A stretch of 64,000 nt of DNA, taken from the IMG/VR virus record IMGVR_UViG_3300044716_000883, positions 32,001 through 96,000 of that record, one strand, 5' to 3'. Source of the DNA: a virus. Below the pieces are notes generated by a model. That model made no database searches and was not told the origin of the DNA. It saw nothing but the letters and a program-made list of their open reading frames with translations. Position 1 is the stretch's first letter. Every line of letters begins with the position of its first letter. Both the position numbers and the translations under genes were made by a program. Shown one piece after another: positions 46,027-55,756 of the stretch.

Positions 46027-47541
46027 ATGTCTTCATTCAAAAAGTTAAGCAAATCAGACGTTACAGTAGTACCTTACCATGCTAATAAGCAATGGATACT
46101 GGATTATTGCCCATACCCTACATCATCTGACTATTTAACTATTTATAAAGGCACAAACCTTACTGGGAGTTTTTCTTTAGATGACGATCCCGTTACTGAA
46201 AATCAATATGAAAGACTAGTCTATAATCAAATCAACCAGTTATTCTATCAAGATTATACTACTTCTTTAGATACTAGTTCGTTAATGCTTTCACTTAACA
46301 ACTACGAATCTGCATCGCAGCAAAGACCAACTTCATCTTATTTTGTATATAACGACAATAAGAATTTAATTACCCTCTTCCCTACAGGTACTATGGAAGG
46401 AATCCGTGTGTTAGCTGTTAATCAAGACATTTATGGTAATAAAGTATTACCAAACCACTTTATCTTATCTTCATCTGCATATTATGTAACTGATGATGGT
46501 TTTGGTAATTTATATGATACAAAATCTACAAAAAAGCATATTGGAAATATGTTTTATGCTCATGGAATAGGAATTATAACTGACCCAGATTATCAATTAA
46601 TGTTTCCTTTACCTCCATTAGCTAAAAATGATATTGCTTATTTTCTAAATACTGATTTTCCTAAAACTATCTCTCCATTAATTAATGACGATCCTAGAGG
46701 AGGAACATTAGTACCTAGTACTTTAACTTTATCTGGTAGTGCAGCTGATTTAGTATTTTGGACTAATAACGGTGATGGAACTGTTACTCTAAATTCATCA
46801 GTTGTCGGGACATATGTAATTTATTATACTGTGGAATCTAGTTATGATTGTGGTAATATTCCAAGTAATAAAGCTAAAATAGCAGTAAATGTAAGTATAA
46901 CATTAACACCAACCACAACAACTAGTACTTCTACATCTACATCAACAAGTACTTCGACGAGTACATCTACTTCAACATCGACATCAACAAGTACATCGAC
47001 ATCAACAAGTACATCTACTTCTACAAGTACTTCAACATCGACAAGTACTTCAACATCGACAAGTACTTCAACGAGTACTTCAACATCAACATCAACAAGT
47101 ACATCGACATCAACAAGTACTAGTACAACAACTAGTACAACAACTGCTCCTCCAATAATATTATCTATAGCTTATGTTGATGCAGCAGGAAATATAAGAT
47201 TAGAAGGAAATTCAGCAACTACTTTAACTGAAAATATTGAATTTCAAGTAATTAGAAGTGTTAGTCATGCTTATACATCACTAAATTGTGGAGCAGGGGA
47301 AATATCACAAAGTAATTTCTTTACAGCACAAACAACAACAATATTTTCTGGTAATACTACAGGACAAAGTGTTGATATATTCTCTACAGGAACTGTTCAA
47401 ACAACTAAAATAGATTCAGTAACAATACTTTGGTCAGATTCATCATCAACTGCCGTACCAAATAATAACACTACTGTCACATCACCAGTAACAGGAAAGA
47501 ATTATAAAATAACTAATATTGATACTTGTACTCCTATTTAA
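46027..47541 (+). CDS. structural protein with Ig/cadherin-like domain and ~80-aa (Thr-Ser)n mucin-like tract
   Basis: HIGNMFYAHGIGIIT; PLAKND..INDD..TNNGDGTV..YTV Ig-like; TSTS tract encoded about 46905-47145. Confidence 0.7.
   Translation: MSSFKKLSKSDVTVVPYHANKQWILDYCPYPTSSDYLTIYKGTNLTGSFSLDDDPVTENQYERLVYNQINQLFYQDYTTSLDTSSLMLSLNNYESASQQRPTSSYFVYNDNKNLITLFPTGTMEGIRVLAVNQDIYGNKVLPNHFILSSSAYYVTDDGFGNLYDTKSTKKHIGNMFYAHGIGIITDPDYQLMFPLPPLAKNDIAYFLNTDFPKTISPLINDDPRGGTLVPSTLTLSGSAADLVFWTNNGDGTVTLNSSVVGTYVIYYTVESSYDCGNIPSNKAKIAVNVSITLTPTTTTSTSTSTSTSTSTSTSTSTSTSTSTSTSTSTSTSTSTSTSTSTSTSTSTSTSTSTSTSTSTSTSTSTSTTTSTTTAPPIILSIAYVDAAGNIRLEGNSATTLTENIEFQVIRSVSHAYTSLNCGAGEISQSNFFTAQTTTIFSGNTTGQSVDIFSTGTVQTTKIDSVTILWSDSSSTAVPNNNTTVTSPVTGKNYKITNIDTCTPI
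46905..47145 (+). repeat. Thr-Ser dipeptide repeat, synonymously diversified
   Basis: ACA/ACT/ACG alternating with TCA/TCT/TCG/AGT. Confidence 0.9.
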
Positions 47542-47584
47542 TAAAAAATTTGGAGTCATAAATTAGGATAATTATATTATAGTT

Positions 47585-48526
47585 ATGAAAAATTTACGTT
47601 ATATTTGCGTTCAACCTCGTCTGATATATTATGCCTGGCAAGTAGAAGTTATGATTAATAACTTTATTAAAAATGGAATCAGTGGTAATAATATTGATAT
47701 TCTAGTTGCTTGGAACTCCAATGACGATACTAATACCCCAGAAGTAATAGAAGCTTGGAATAAATTAGCTAATACATACAATTATGTTAGATTCTTCTTC
47801 TATGAAGATACTAGAGAAGATATGAATTATATTCCTTCTATTTACTTTAATATATTAAAACAACACATTAAGGCCCACCCAGAACTAATAGACCAACCTC
47901 TATTTTTACACGATTCTGATATCTTATTTACAAAACCAGTTGATTTTAGCAGTATGCTAAATGATAAAATTTGGTATTTAAGTGATACTGTTGGTTATAT
48001 TGGAACTCAATATGTTTTAACAAAAGGTGAAGATGTTTATAAAGGAATGTGTAATATAATAGGAATTGATCCTTTAATACCTAAACTATTAAATTCAAAT
48101 TCTGGGGGTGCTCAACATATTGTTAAAGGTTCTACTTATGAATATTGGGATAAAGTAGAAAAAGATTCAATTAGATTATATAGATGGTTTTGTGAACAAG
48201 AACCTTTATGGAAGGGTGAAGGATATCCAATTCAAAAGTGGACTGCAGGTATGTGGTCACTATTATGGAATGCTTGGTTATTTGGTAATGAAACTAAAGT
48301 AGATAAAAGATTAGATTTTTGTTGGGCAACTGACCCTATTAATGGATGGAATAATGTATCAATATTCCATAATGCTGGTGTGACAGAACATGGTAAGTTA
48401 TTTATGAAGGGTAATTATATTAATTCATATCCATATGGCATAGAAAACACGTTTGATTCTAATTTTTGTTCATATAACTATGTTAATGAAATTATAGAAA
48501 CTTCTAAAAAAACATGTTTAATATGA
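47585..48526 (+). CDS. putative GT-A glycosyltransferase (peptide-O-glycosyltransferase-like, tentative)
   Basis: YYAWQVEVMINNF; LFLHDSDILF (DxD); KWTAGMWSLLWNAW; IFHNAGV. Confidence 0.6.
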   Translation: MKNLRYICVQPRLIYYAWQVEVMINNFIKNGISGNNIDILVAWNSNDDTNTPEVIEAWNKLANTYNYVRFFFYEDTREDMNYIPSIYFNILKQHIKAHPELIDQPLFLHDSDILFTKPVDFSSMLNDKIWYLSDTVGYIGTQYVLTKGEDVYKGMCNIIGIDPLIPKLLNSNSGGAQHIVKGSTYEYWDKVEKDSIRLYRWFCEQEPLWKGEGYPIQKWTAGMWSLLWNAWLFGNETKVDKRLDFCWATDPINGWNNVSIFHNAGVTEHGKLFMKGNYINSYPYGIENTFDSNFCSYNYVNEIIETSKKTCLI

Positions 48527-49263
48527 TTTTACCAAAAATATCTTGTATATGTCCTACCTTTTCCAGGGCATATCTGTTGGAAGAAGCTCTTGAATCTTTC
48601 TTAAAACAAGATTACCAAGGAGAAAAAGAATTAATAATATATAATGATTTCTCCCAACAAGAATTTATATTTGAACACCCAGAAGTAAAAATAATTAACT
48701 CATTAGAAAGATCCCCTAATTTAGGACACAAATGGAATGTAACTTATAGTTATGCTACTGGAGAATATTTACTAACATGGGGGGATGATGATATTTACTT
48801 ACCAGGCAGAATAAGTAGAATGGTTAACAATTTAAATCAGTCTGATTTTTTATATGAAGGTCCATTTTATATACTCTACGGAGATGTTCTTTACAAAAAA
48901 CCAAATCAAACACAAGGAGCAAATATAGTTTCAAGAAAATTATTTGATGCAGTAGGAGGAGTACCAGAAAAAAATACAGGAGAAGATGCCGCTTTTAATA
49001 ATAGAATAGCAGAGTATTTAGGTAAACCCCTTGATGTTTGTAAAGATGAACCACAATTTCTATATAGGTGGTCATCACCAAGAAATCATATATCTCAATT
49101 TGGAGAAGATAAAGAAGGTGAAATCACCAGTTATCAAAGAATGTTAGAAGCAGCAAATATATACATTGAATCCGGTAAAGAGCCTAAAGGTACTTATCAT
49201 TTAAATCCTCATTGGAAATTAAATTGGGTAGAAGAGGTAAAAACTGCTACTTTAGAACCCTAA
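48523..49263 (+). CDS. glycosyltransferase family 2
   Basis: ISCICPTF.R..LLEEALESFLKQDY..ELIIYND; TGEYLLTWGDDDIYLP. Confidence 0.88.
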   Translation: MILPKISCICPTFSRAYLLEEALESFLKQDYQGEKELIIYNDFSQQEFIFEHPEVKIINSLERSPNLGHKWNVTYSYATGEYLLTWGDDDIYLPGRISRMVNNLNQSDFLYEGPFYILYGDVLYKKPNQTQGANIVSRKLFDAVGGVPEKNTGEDAAFNNRIAEYLGKPLDVCKDEPQFLYRWSSPRNHISQFGEDKEGEITSYQRMLEAANIYIESGKEPKGTYHLNPHWKLNWVEEVKTATLEP

Positions 49264-49272
49264 CTAAAAAAT

Positions 49273-49755
49273 ATGAACTACATTCACCCTACAGCTCTGG
49301 TTGAATCTAATGTAATAATTGAAGAAGATGTTTATATTGGACCTTATTGTATAATCGGATTTCCACCTGAATGGAAAAAAAGAGAAGACGAAGGTAAGGG
49401 TGTATTGATTAAAAAAGGAACTAGATTAACTGGATTTGTAACAGTAGATGCAGGTGCAGAAAGAAGAACTGAAATAGGTGAAAATTGCTATATAATGAAA
49501 TATGGTTATGTTGCTCATGATTGTATACTAGGAAATAATGTAACAATGAGTGCTGGCTCAAAATTAGCAGGCTTCTGCTATATTTCTGAAAATGTAAATC
49601 TAGGAATGGGAGTTGCTATCCATCAAAAATCAACAATACCCCCAGGAGTGATGATAGGAATGAATGGAGTAGTAACTAAACAAAGTAAATTATTACCTAA
49701 TCAAAAATATGTGGGTATACCTGTTAAACATATAGGAAGTAATGAAAGACATTAA
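49273..49755 (+). CDS. hexapeptide-repeat (left-handed beta-helix) acyltransferase, LpxA/NeuD-like
   Basis: IHPTALV..VYIGPYCIIG; TEIGENCYI..VAHDCILGNNV. Confidence 0.85.
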   Translation: MNYIHPTALVESNVIIEEDVYIGPYCIIGFPPEWKKREDEGKGVLIKKGTRLTGFVTVDAGAERRTEIGENCYIMKYGYVAHDCILGNNVTMSAGSKLAGFCYISENVNLGMGVAIHQKSTIPPGVMIGMNGVVTKQSKLLPNQKYVGIPVKHIGSNERH

Positions 49756-49775
49756 AATTATAGATATTTATAACC

Positions 49776-50084
49776 ATGCCAGTAACACACACAGGACCAT
49801 TCACCATACTATTTAAAAATGAACATACCATCTACGAAAATGAAATTCGTTGTTTGGTAAAGGAAAGTGATTACAACTTATCATACAACCCAACATTAGT
49901 GTCAGGTAGCTATGAAAGTGGATCCTTAAAGAATTTTGCTACTGCTTCTACTTTCTATACTTACGCTACAACAATAGGTTTGTATGATGATGACAATCAA
50001 CTATTAGCTGTTGCTAAATTGGGTAAACCAATTATGATGTCACCTGATACAGATATGACGTTCGTAGTTAAGTATGATGAATAA
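49776..50084 (+). CDS. tail-collar-like C-terminal module protein
   Basis: YATTIGLYDDDNQLLAVAKLGKPI paralogous to the C-terminus of 45022-46023. Confidence 0.65.
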   Translation: MPVTHTGPFTILFKNEHTIYENEIRCLVKESDYNLSYNPTLVSGSYESGSLKNFATASTFYTYATTIGLYDDDNQLLAVAKLGKPIMMSPDTDMTFVVKYDE

Positions 50085-50098
50085 AATAAATTTTAGTT

Positions 50099-50542
50099 AT
50101 GTTACAAACATCTAATCCTCTTTATGTTGAGGATTTAATAAATGATCCCAATTTTAATATTGATGACTACTGTGGTTATGTCTATATGACTTGTCATGAT
50201 TTAACAGGTCGTAGATACATTGGTAAAAAAGTATTTCATCACACCACTACTAAAAAATTAGGCAAGAAAGAACTAACTGAAATTCCAGTTACCAGAGGTA
50301 AACGCCCATCTAAAAAAACAGTAGTTAAGGAAAGTGATTGGAAAACATATTATGGTTCCAATACTGAAGTAAAGTCATTACCTAAAGACGAAATGACTCG
50401 TATCGTATTGCGTTTATGCAAAACAAAAAAAGAACTAACATACTACGAAACAAAATTCCTATTTGATTATAACGTGTTGGAAAATGACACTTATATGAAC
50501 GATAATATATTAGGTAAATTCTATCGAAAAGACTTGTTATAG
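50099..50542 (+). CDS. GIY-YIG family endonuclease
   Basis: GYVY...RRYIGKK; SDWKTYYGS; LTYYE. Confidence 0.75.
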   Translation: MLQTSNPLYVEDLINDPNFNIDDYCGYVYMTCHDLTGRRYIGKKVFHHTTTKKLGKKELTEIPVTRGKRPSKKTVVKESDWKTYYGSNTEVKSLPKDEMTRIVLRLCKTKKELTYYETKFLFDYNVLENDTYMNDNILGKFYRKDLL

Positions 50543-50569
50543 GCAAAATAGAGTCGTACATTCGAGGTT

Positions 50570-51520
50570 ATGGATAATACAGCTTTACTATTTCTAACTG
50601 AATCGGTGCTAGGCAAGGGACAATCTACAAGCAAAGGTAACTATGCTTTTAAGTGTCCATTCTGTACTCACCACAAAAATAAGATGGAAATTAGCATGCG
50701 CACAACGGAAAAGAAAGAAAATTTCTGGCATTGTTGGGTGTGTGGGGCTAAAGGCAAAACATTACTATCCTTATTCAAGAAAATCAAAGCACCAGCTGCT
50801 AAAATAGCAGAATTGAACATATTAGTAGTACCTAATAAAGCACATCAGCAAACTGAAAAAGGTGCTCTTGAACTACCTAAAGAGTTTATTGCGTTTGATG
50901 ATCACGAAAAATTTATAACTGATAGAGTTGCTCAAATCGAATCAAAACACGCTCTTAGATTTTTAAGAAGAAGAGGTATTACTGTAGACGATATTACAAA
51001 ATACAATATAGGCTTTTGTAAGGACGGAAAATACGGCGGTAGAGTAATTATACCATCATTTGATGAATTAGGAAAACTTAATTATTTTATAGCTAGAGAT
51101 TACAAAGACGAAGCTAGTCAAAAATATAAAAATCCTCCTGTTGCCTCTAAAGAGATTATAGGCTGGGAGTTATTCATAAATTGGGATGCACCAATTATAC
51201 TTGTTGAAGGTATTTTTGATGCTCTAACTATCAAACGAAACGTCATTCCTTTGTTTGGTAAGGTATTGCACGATAAACTAATGCAAAAGTTAGTTATGTC
51301 TTCTGTTAATAGAATTTATATTGCTTTAGACCAAGACGCAAGACGAGATGCTTTAAAACAAGCAGAAAAACTTATGTCATATGGTAAAGAAGTATACATG
51401 GTAGAATTAGAAGGTAAAGACGCTAATGAAATTGGTTTTGAAGCATTTTTAAACACAATTGAGCAAACACAACCACTGACATTTCAGAGTTTGCTTGAGA
51501 AAAAATTACAATTAATATGA
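50570..51520 (+). CDS. DNA primase (zinc finger + TOPRIM)
   Basis: CPFC..WHCWVC; VIIPSF..YFIAR; ILVEGIFDA; ALDQDA; KDANE. Confidence 0.92.
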   Translation: MDNTALLFLTESVLGKGQSTSKGNYAFKCPFCTHHKNKMEISMRTTEKKENFWHCWVCGAKGKTLLSLFKKIKAPAAKIAELNILVVPNKAHQQTEKGALELPKEFIAFDDHEKFITDRVAQIESKHALRFLRRRGITVDDITKYNIGFCKDGKYGGRVIIPSFDELGKLNYFIARDYKDEASQKYKNPPVASKEIIGWELFINWDAPIILVEGIFDALTIKRNVIPLFGKVLHDKLMQKLVMSSVNRIYIALDQDARRDALKQAEKLMSYGKEVYMVELEGKDANEIGFEAFLNTIEQTQPLTFQSLLEKKLQLI

Positions 51521-52299
51521 TTGACAAAAATTCAAACATTATAAAAGATCCTAAAATCAAGCGTATTGTAGAATACAAAGAAGGGGATAAACAAGTAAAT
51601 GTTTTAGATTCTAGATTTTACAGACGTAAAGAAGAATATTACCCATCAGTAACATCTGTTTTAAATTATTTTCCTAAAAATCAATTCTTCCATTCTTGGT
51701 TGAAAGATGTAGGACATAACAGTGATATTATTGCTGCTAAAGCAGCTGGTGAAGGTACTCAAGTACATAATGCTGTAGATGCTTTCTTAAACGGACAAGA
51801 AATTACTTGGATTGATGAACACGGAAATGCTAAGTACAATTTAGATGTTTGGAGAATGATTTTACGTTTTGCTGATTTCTGGAATACACATAAACCAGAA
51901 TTAATTGCAACTGAATATCATTTATTCTCAGACGAACACAAATATGCTGGTACAGCGGATTTAGTTGTTAGATTATTTGATAACATTTGGTTATTAGATC
52001 TTAAGACATCAAATTCACTTCATACGAGCTATGATTTGCAATTAGCTGCTTATGCTCAAGCATGGAATGAAACACATGATGAGAAAGTAACTCACACAGG
52101 TATCTTATGGGTTAAAGCAAATACTCGTGGAGAAGGAAAGAATGGAAAGATACAGGGTAAAGGATGGGAATTAAAGTTCGTAAATGAAATTGATAAGAAC
52201 TTTGACATGTTTAAGAAAATATATGACATATACAAGTTAGAAAACCCTGATTTCAAGCCTATGACTGAATTATTACCCACATCAGTCAAAATTTCTTAA
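51517..52299 (+). CDS. PD-(D/E)XK exonuclease (Cas4/RecB-like)
   Basis: YPSVTSVL; GTQVH; YAGTAD; LDLKTS; QLAAYA. Confidence 0.85.
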   Translation: MIDKNSNIIKDPKIKRIVEYKEGDKQVNVLDSRFYRRKEEYYPSVTSVLNYFPKNQFFHSWLKDVGHNSDIIAAKAAGEGTQVHNAVDAFLNGQEITWIDEHGNAKYNLDVWRMILRFADFWNTHKPELIATEYHLFSDEHKYAGTADLVVRLFDNIWLLDLKTSNSLHTSYDLQLAAYAQAWNETHDEKVTHTGILWVKANTRGEGKNGKIQGKGWELKFVNEIDKNFDMFKKIYDIYKLENPDFKPMTELLPTSVKIS

Positions 52300-52370
52300 T
52301 ATATTTATGCTTGAAAACCAAAAGTTTTTATATTGTTACACAAATATTACAAGATTGTAAATAACGATTT

Positions 52371-52402
52371 GAGCGGGGATATTGTCTCCGCTCTTTTTTT
52401 TT
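52371..52402 (+). terminator. terminator-like hairpin in the leader of the TonB-dependent transporter gene
   Basis: GAGCGGGGA-TATTG-TCTCCGCTC plus T run. Confidence 0.7.
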
Positions 52403-52420
52403 AACCAAAACAAAACACAA

Positions 52421-55400
52421 ATGAAAAAAGCGATTTTATCGTTACTTCTTTCTGCACTATTTTTAGTGGGATTTGGTCAGGTTACCACATCCTCTATCTC
52501 TGGTGTTGTTAAGAATGAAAAGCAAGAAGTACTAGCAGGTACCGTTGTAGAAGCAATTCACGTTCCTACAGGTACAAAGTACAAGACCGTTGCAAACAAG
52601 AATGGTGTTTATGTGTTACCTGCTGTTAGAGTAGGTGGTCCATATGTAATCCATGCTTCGTTTGTAGGATTTAAAAAGAGTGAAGAAACAGATGTAAACG
52701 CTCAATTGGGTGTTACTACAAACGTTGACTTTGCTTTAGTGGATGAGAAATCAACTCTTAAAGAAGTAGTTGTGACTGGAACAAAATCTGTTTTATTTTC
52801 TAAAGAAAAAACAGGTGCTGCTCAACAATTTGGAAGAAGAGAATTAACTACTATTCCAATTACAGGTGCTAGAACAATTGATGGTATTACCAAGTACAAC
52901 CCATTTGGTAATGGTAACTCATTTGGCGCACAAGACTCTCGTTTGAACAACTTCACAATCGATGGTTCTCAATTTAACAACAACTTCGGTTTAGGTTCTT
53001 CAGCAGCAGCAGGTGGCCGTACAGGCGCTTCAGCAATTTCACTTGACGCGATTGATCAATTACAAGTTAACGTAGCACCATTTGACATTCGTCAATCTGG
53101 ATTTACAGGTGCTGGTATTAACGCTGTAACAAGATCAGGTACAAATGAAATTGAAGGATCCGTTTATCAAACACAACGTGATAATTCATCTCGTTATGTA
53201 GGTGATAACGCTAGAGGAACAAAAGTAACTGCATCTAAATTTGATGAAAAAGTACAAGGTTTTAGATTAGGTTTACCTGTTATTAAAAACAAATTATTTT
53301 TGTTTGGTAACTATGAAGGTATTACAAGAACTGAACCTGGTACAACTTGGATTTCAGCAGGATCACCACTTACAGGTACTCAAGTATCTCGTGTGAAATA
53401 TTCTGACATGGATGCTTTATCTAAATTCATGAAAGAAAAATTTGATTATACAACTGGTCCTTGGGAAGGTTACTCAAATCAGAATTCATCAAATAAATTT
53501 TTGATTCGTGCTGACTGGAATATTAACGACAAAAATAAATTAACTGCTCGTTATGTTCACCATAATTCATCTGCTGAAATTAACGTTTCAAACTCTCAAT
53601 CAGCAGGTGCTGGTAATAGAACAACTCAATTCAATGCTATGAGTTTCCAAAATAGTGGTTACATTATTATGGATAACACTCGTTCAGCAGTATTAGAATT
53701 GAACTCTAAAATCTCTAACACTTTACACAATAGTTTAATCGTTTCTTACGATAAGCAAATTGAAGATAGAGCTTATATGAGTAACATATTCCCAACTATT
53801 GATATCAGAGACGGTTCAGCAACTTACACTTCTGTAGGTTTCGATCCATTTACTCCAGATAACAAATTAGATTATTGGACACTTAATGTTACTAACAACT
53901 TAACTAAGTATTTAGGTAAACATACAGTAGTTGGTGGTTTTAACTTCCAACAATACCAATCTAATAACTTATTCTTCCCAGCATCTAATGGTGTTTATAT
54001 CTTCAATAGTTTGAATGACTTCTACACTGCCGCTAACCAATCATTAGCTAATGGTGGTCGTCCATCAACATTTGCTCCTGCTCGTTTCCAATTTAGATAC
54101 TCAGCATTACCTAGTGGAGCTGCACCAATGCAAACTTTAGAATCTTATAGAACCGATTTATATTTACAAGATGAATATAACGTAAATAAGAATTTAAAGT
54201 TAACTGCTGGTATTAGAGCAAATATTATTTCAATTAACAACACAGCATTAGAAAATAAAGCAGTAACTGCTATGACTTTTGCTAATGGTGAAAAATGGAA
54301 TACAGGTGTAATGCCTGAAACACAGTTATTATTCGAACCTCGTTTCGGATTTAACTGGGATGTAAAAGGTGAAAAGAAAACACAAGTTAGAGGTGGTACT
54401 GGTATTTTTACTGGTCGTCCTCCTTATGTATTCTTATCTAACCAAATTGGTAATACAGGTGTATTATCAGGATTTATTGATGTATCAGGTGCAGCAGCTG
54501 CTAATTATGGCTTTACTGCTAACCCAAATCAATACTTTATTCCTTCAACACCAACTTTACCATCTACATTTGATTTAGCTTTAACAGATGCTAATTATAA
54601 GTTTCCTCAAGTTTGGAAAAATAACTTAGCTGTTGATCAAAAATTACCTTGGTTAGGTTTAATTGCTAGTGTTGAATTATTATACAATAGAACTTTAAAT
54701 GCAGTTCATTATTACAACGCTAACTTAGATGCTCCTGTTGGTAAATTAGGTGGTGTTGATCAAAGACCACTTTATGCAGGTAATGATAACGGTGTTCGTG
54801 TAAACGATAACGTTTCAATGGCTGCAGTATTAACTAATAGAAATGGTGCCTTTAACAAATCAGCAACATTTAAATTAGAAAAACCAGCATCTAAAGGTAT
54901 TTGGGGTTATGTAGCTTATACAGCTGCAGACGCACAAGACTTTATGGACGCAGGTTCAATTGCTAGTGGTTCTTGGCAATCAGCATTATCAGTTAATGGT
55001 AATAATGATTTAGGTTTAACAACTTCATCATTTGTAGTTAGAAATCGTATCGTAGGTTTATTAGGATACCGTTTAGACTATGGTAAGAAATATGGTGGTG
55101 CTACTACATTCACATTAGGATATGTAGGTTCACAAAACAATCCATTCTCTTATATCGTAGCAGGTGACTTAAATGGTGACAGAGTAAATAATAATGATTT
55201 AGTATTTGTACCAAATAAAGCATCAGACATTCGTTTTGCATCTTTAACAGTAGGTACAACAGTTTATACTGAAGCTCAACAACAAGAAGCTTTTGATAAA
55301 TTCATTGATCAAGATCCTTACTTATCAACTCGCAGAGGTCAATATGCTGAAAGAAATGCAATTGCATTACCTTTCCTACATAGATTTGACTTATCAGTTG

Positions 55401-55693
55401 CTCAAGATTTCTTTGTAAAGATTAAAGGTAAGCGCAATGCTTTCCAAATTAGAGCTGATATCTTGAACTTTGGTAATATGTTAAATAATAATTGGGGTGT
55501 ATCTCAACGTGCAGGTGCTCCACAATTGTTGAACTTTGTAAGCCGCGACGCTGCAGGTGTTCCAACATACAGATTATCAACACAGAGAGATGCTACAAGT
55601 ACTTTCTTAGCAAGAGACACATATCAATTCAACTCATCAGTATTTGATGTATGGACTGCTCAATTAGGTATTCGTTACACTTTCGGTAAGTAA
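52421..55693 (+). CDS. TonB-dependent outer-membrane transporter (Oar-like, carboxypeptidase-regulatory-like N-domain)
   Basis: Signal peptide; GVVKNE..GVYVLPAVRVGGPY; LKEVVVTG; NNFTIDG..plug; INAVTRSGTN; terminal QLGIRYTF. Confidence 0.92.
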   Translation: MKKAILSLLLSALFLVGFGQVTTSSISGVVKNEKQEVLAGTVVEAIHVPTGTKYKTVANKNGVYVLPAVRVGGPYVIHASFVGFKKSEETDVNAQLGVTTNVDFALVDEKSTLKEVVVTGTKSVLFSKEKTGAAQQFGRRELTTIPITGARTIDGITKYNPFGNGNSFGAQDSRLNNFTIDGSQFNNNFGLGSSAAAGGRTGASAISLDAIDQLQVNVAPFDIRQSGFTGAGINAVTRSGTNEIEGSVYQTQRDNSSRYVGDNARGTKVTASKFDEKVQGFRLGLPVIKNKLFLFGNYEGITRTEPGTTWISAGSPLTGTQVSRVKYSDMDALSKFMKEKFDYTTGPWEGYSNQNSSNKFLIRADWNINDKNKLTARYVHHNSSAEINVSNSQSAGAGNRTTQFNAMSFQNSGYIIMDNTRSAVLELNSKISNTLHNSLIVSYDKQIEDRAYMSNIFPTIDIRDGSATYTSVGFDPFTPDNKLDYWTLNVTNNLTKYLGKHTVVGGFNFQQYQSNNLFFPASNGVYIFNSLNDFYTAANQSLANGGRPSTFAPARFQFRYSALPSGAAPMQTLESYRTDLYLQDEYNVNKNLKLTAGIRANIISINNTALENKAVTAMTFANGEKWNTGVMPETQLLFEPRFGFNWDVKGEKKTQVRGGTGIFTGRPPYVFLSNQIGNTGVLSGFIDVSGAAAANYGFTANPNQYFIPSTPTLPSTFDLALTDANYKFPQVWKNNLAVDQKLPWLGLIASVELLYNRTLNAVHYYNANLDAPVGKLGGVDQRPLYAGNDNGVRVNDNVSMAAVLTNRNGAFNKSATFKLEKPASKGIWGYVAYTAADAQDFMDAGSIASGSWQSALSVNGNNDLGLTTSSFVVRNRIVGLLGYRLDYGKKYGGATTFTLGYVGSQNNPFSYIVAGDLNGDRVNNNDLVFVPNKASDIRFASLTVGTTVYTEAQQQEAFDKFIDQDPYLSTRRGQYAERNAIALPFLHRFDLSVAQDFFVKIKGKRNAFQIRADILNFGNMLNNNWGVSQRAGAPQLLNFVSRDAAGVPTYRLSTQRDATSTFLARDTYQFNSSVFDVWTAQLGIRYTFGK

Positions 55694-55756
55694 CATTATA
55701 TTCCTGAATATTTATAGGTGGCTTGGCTCGTCCAGGTCACCTATTTATATTCACGT

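Noticed and set aside
46905-47145. TS tract as an assembly artefact or DNA slippage microsatellite
   Set aside because: Codons are synonymously mixed rather than a perfect tandem unit, and the frame is preserved
50099-50542. Intron-encoded homing endonuclease or group I intron
   Set aside because: Free-standing between genes; flanking ORFs show no interruption at this site
51517-52299. Cas4 / CRISPR adaptation gene
   Set aside because: No Fe-S cysteine set, cas1/cas2 or array; primase-linked phage exonuclease context
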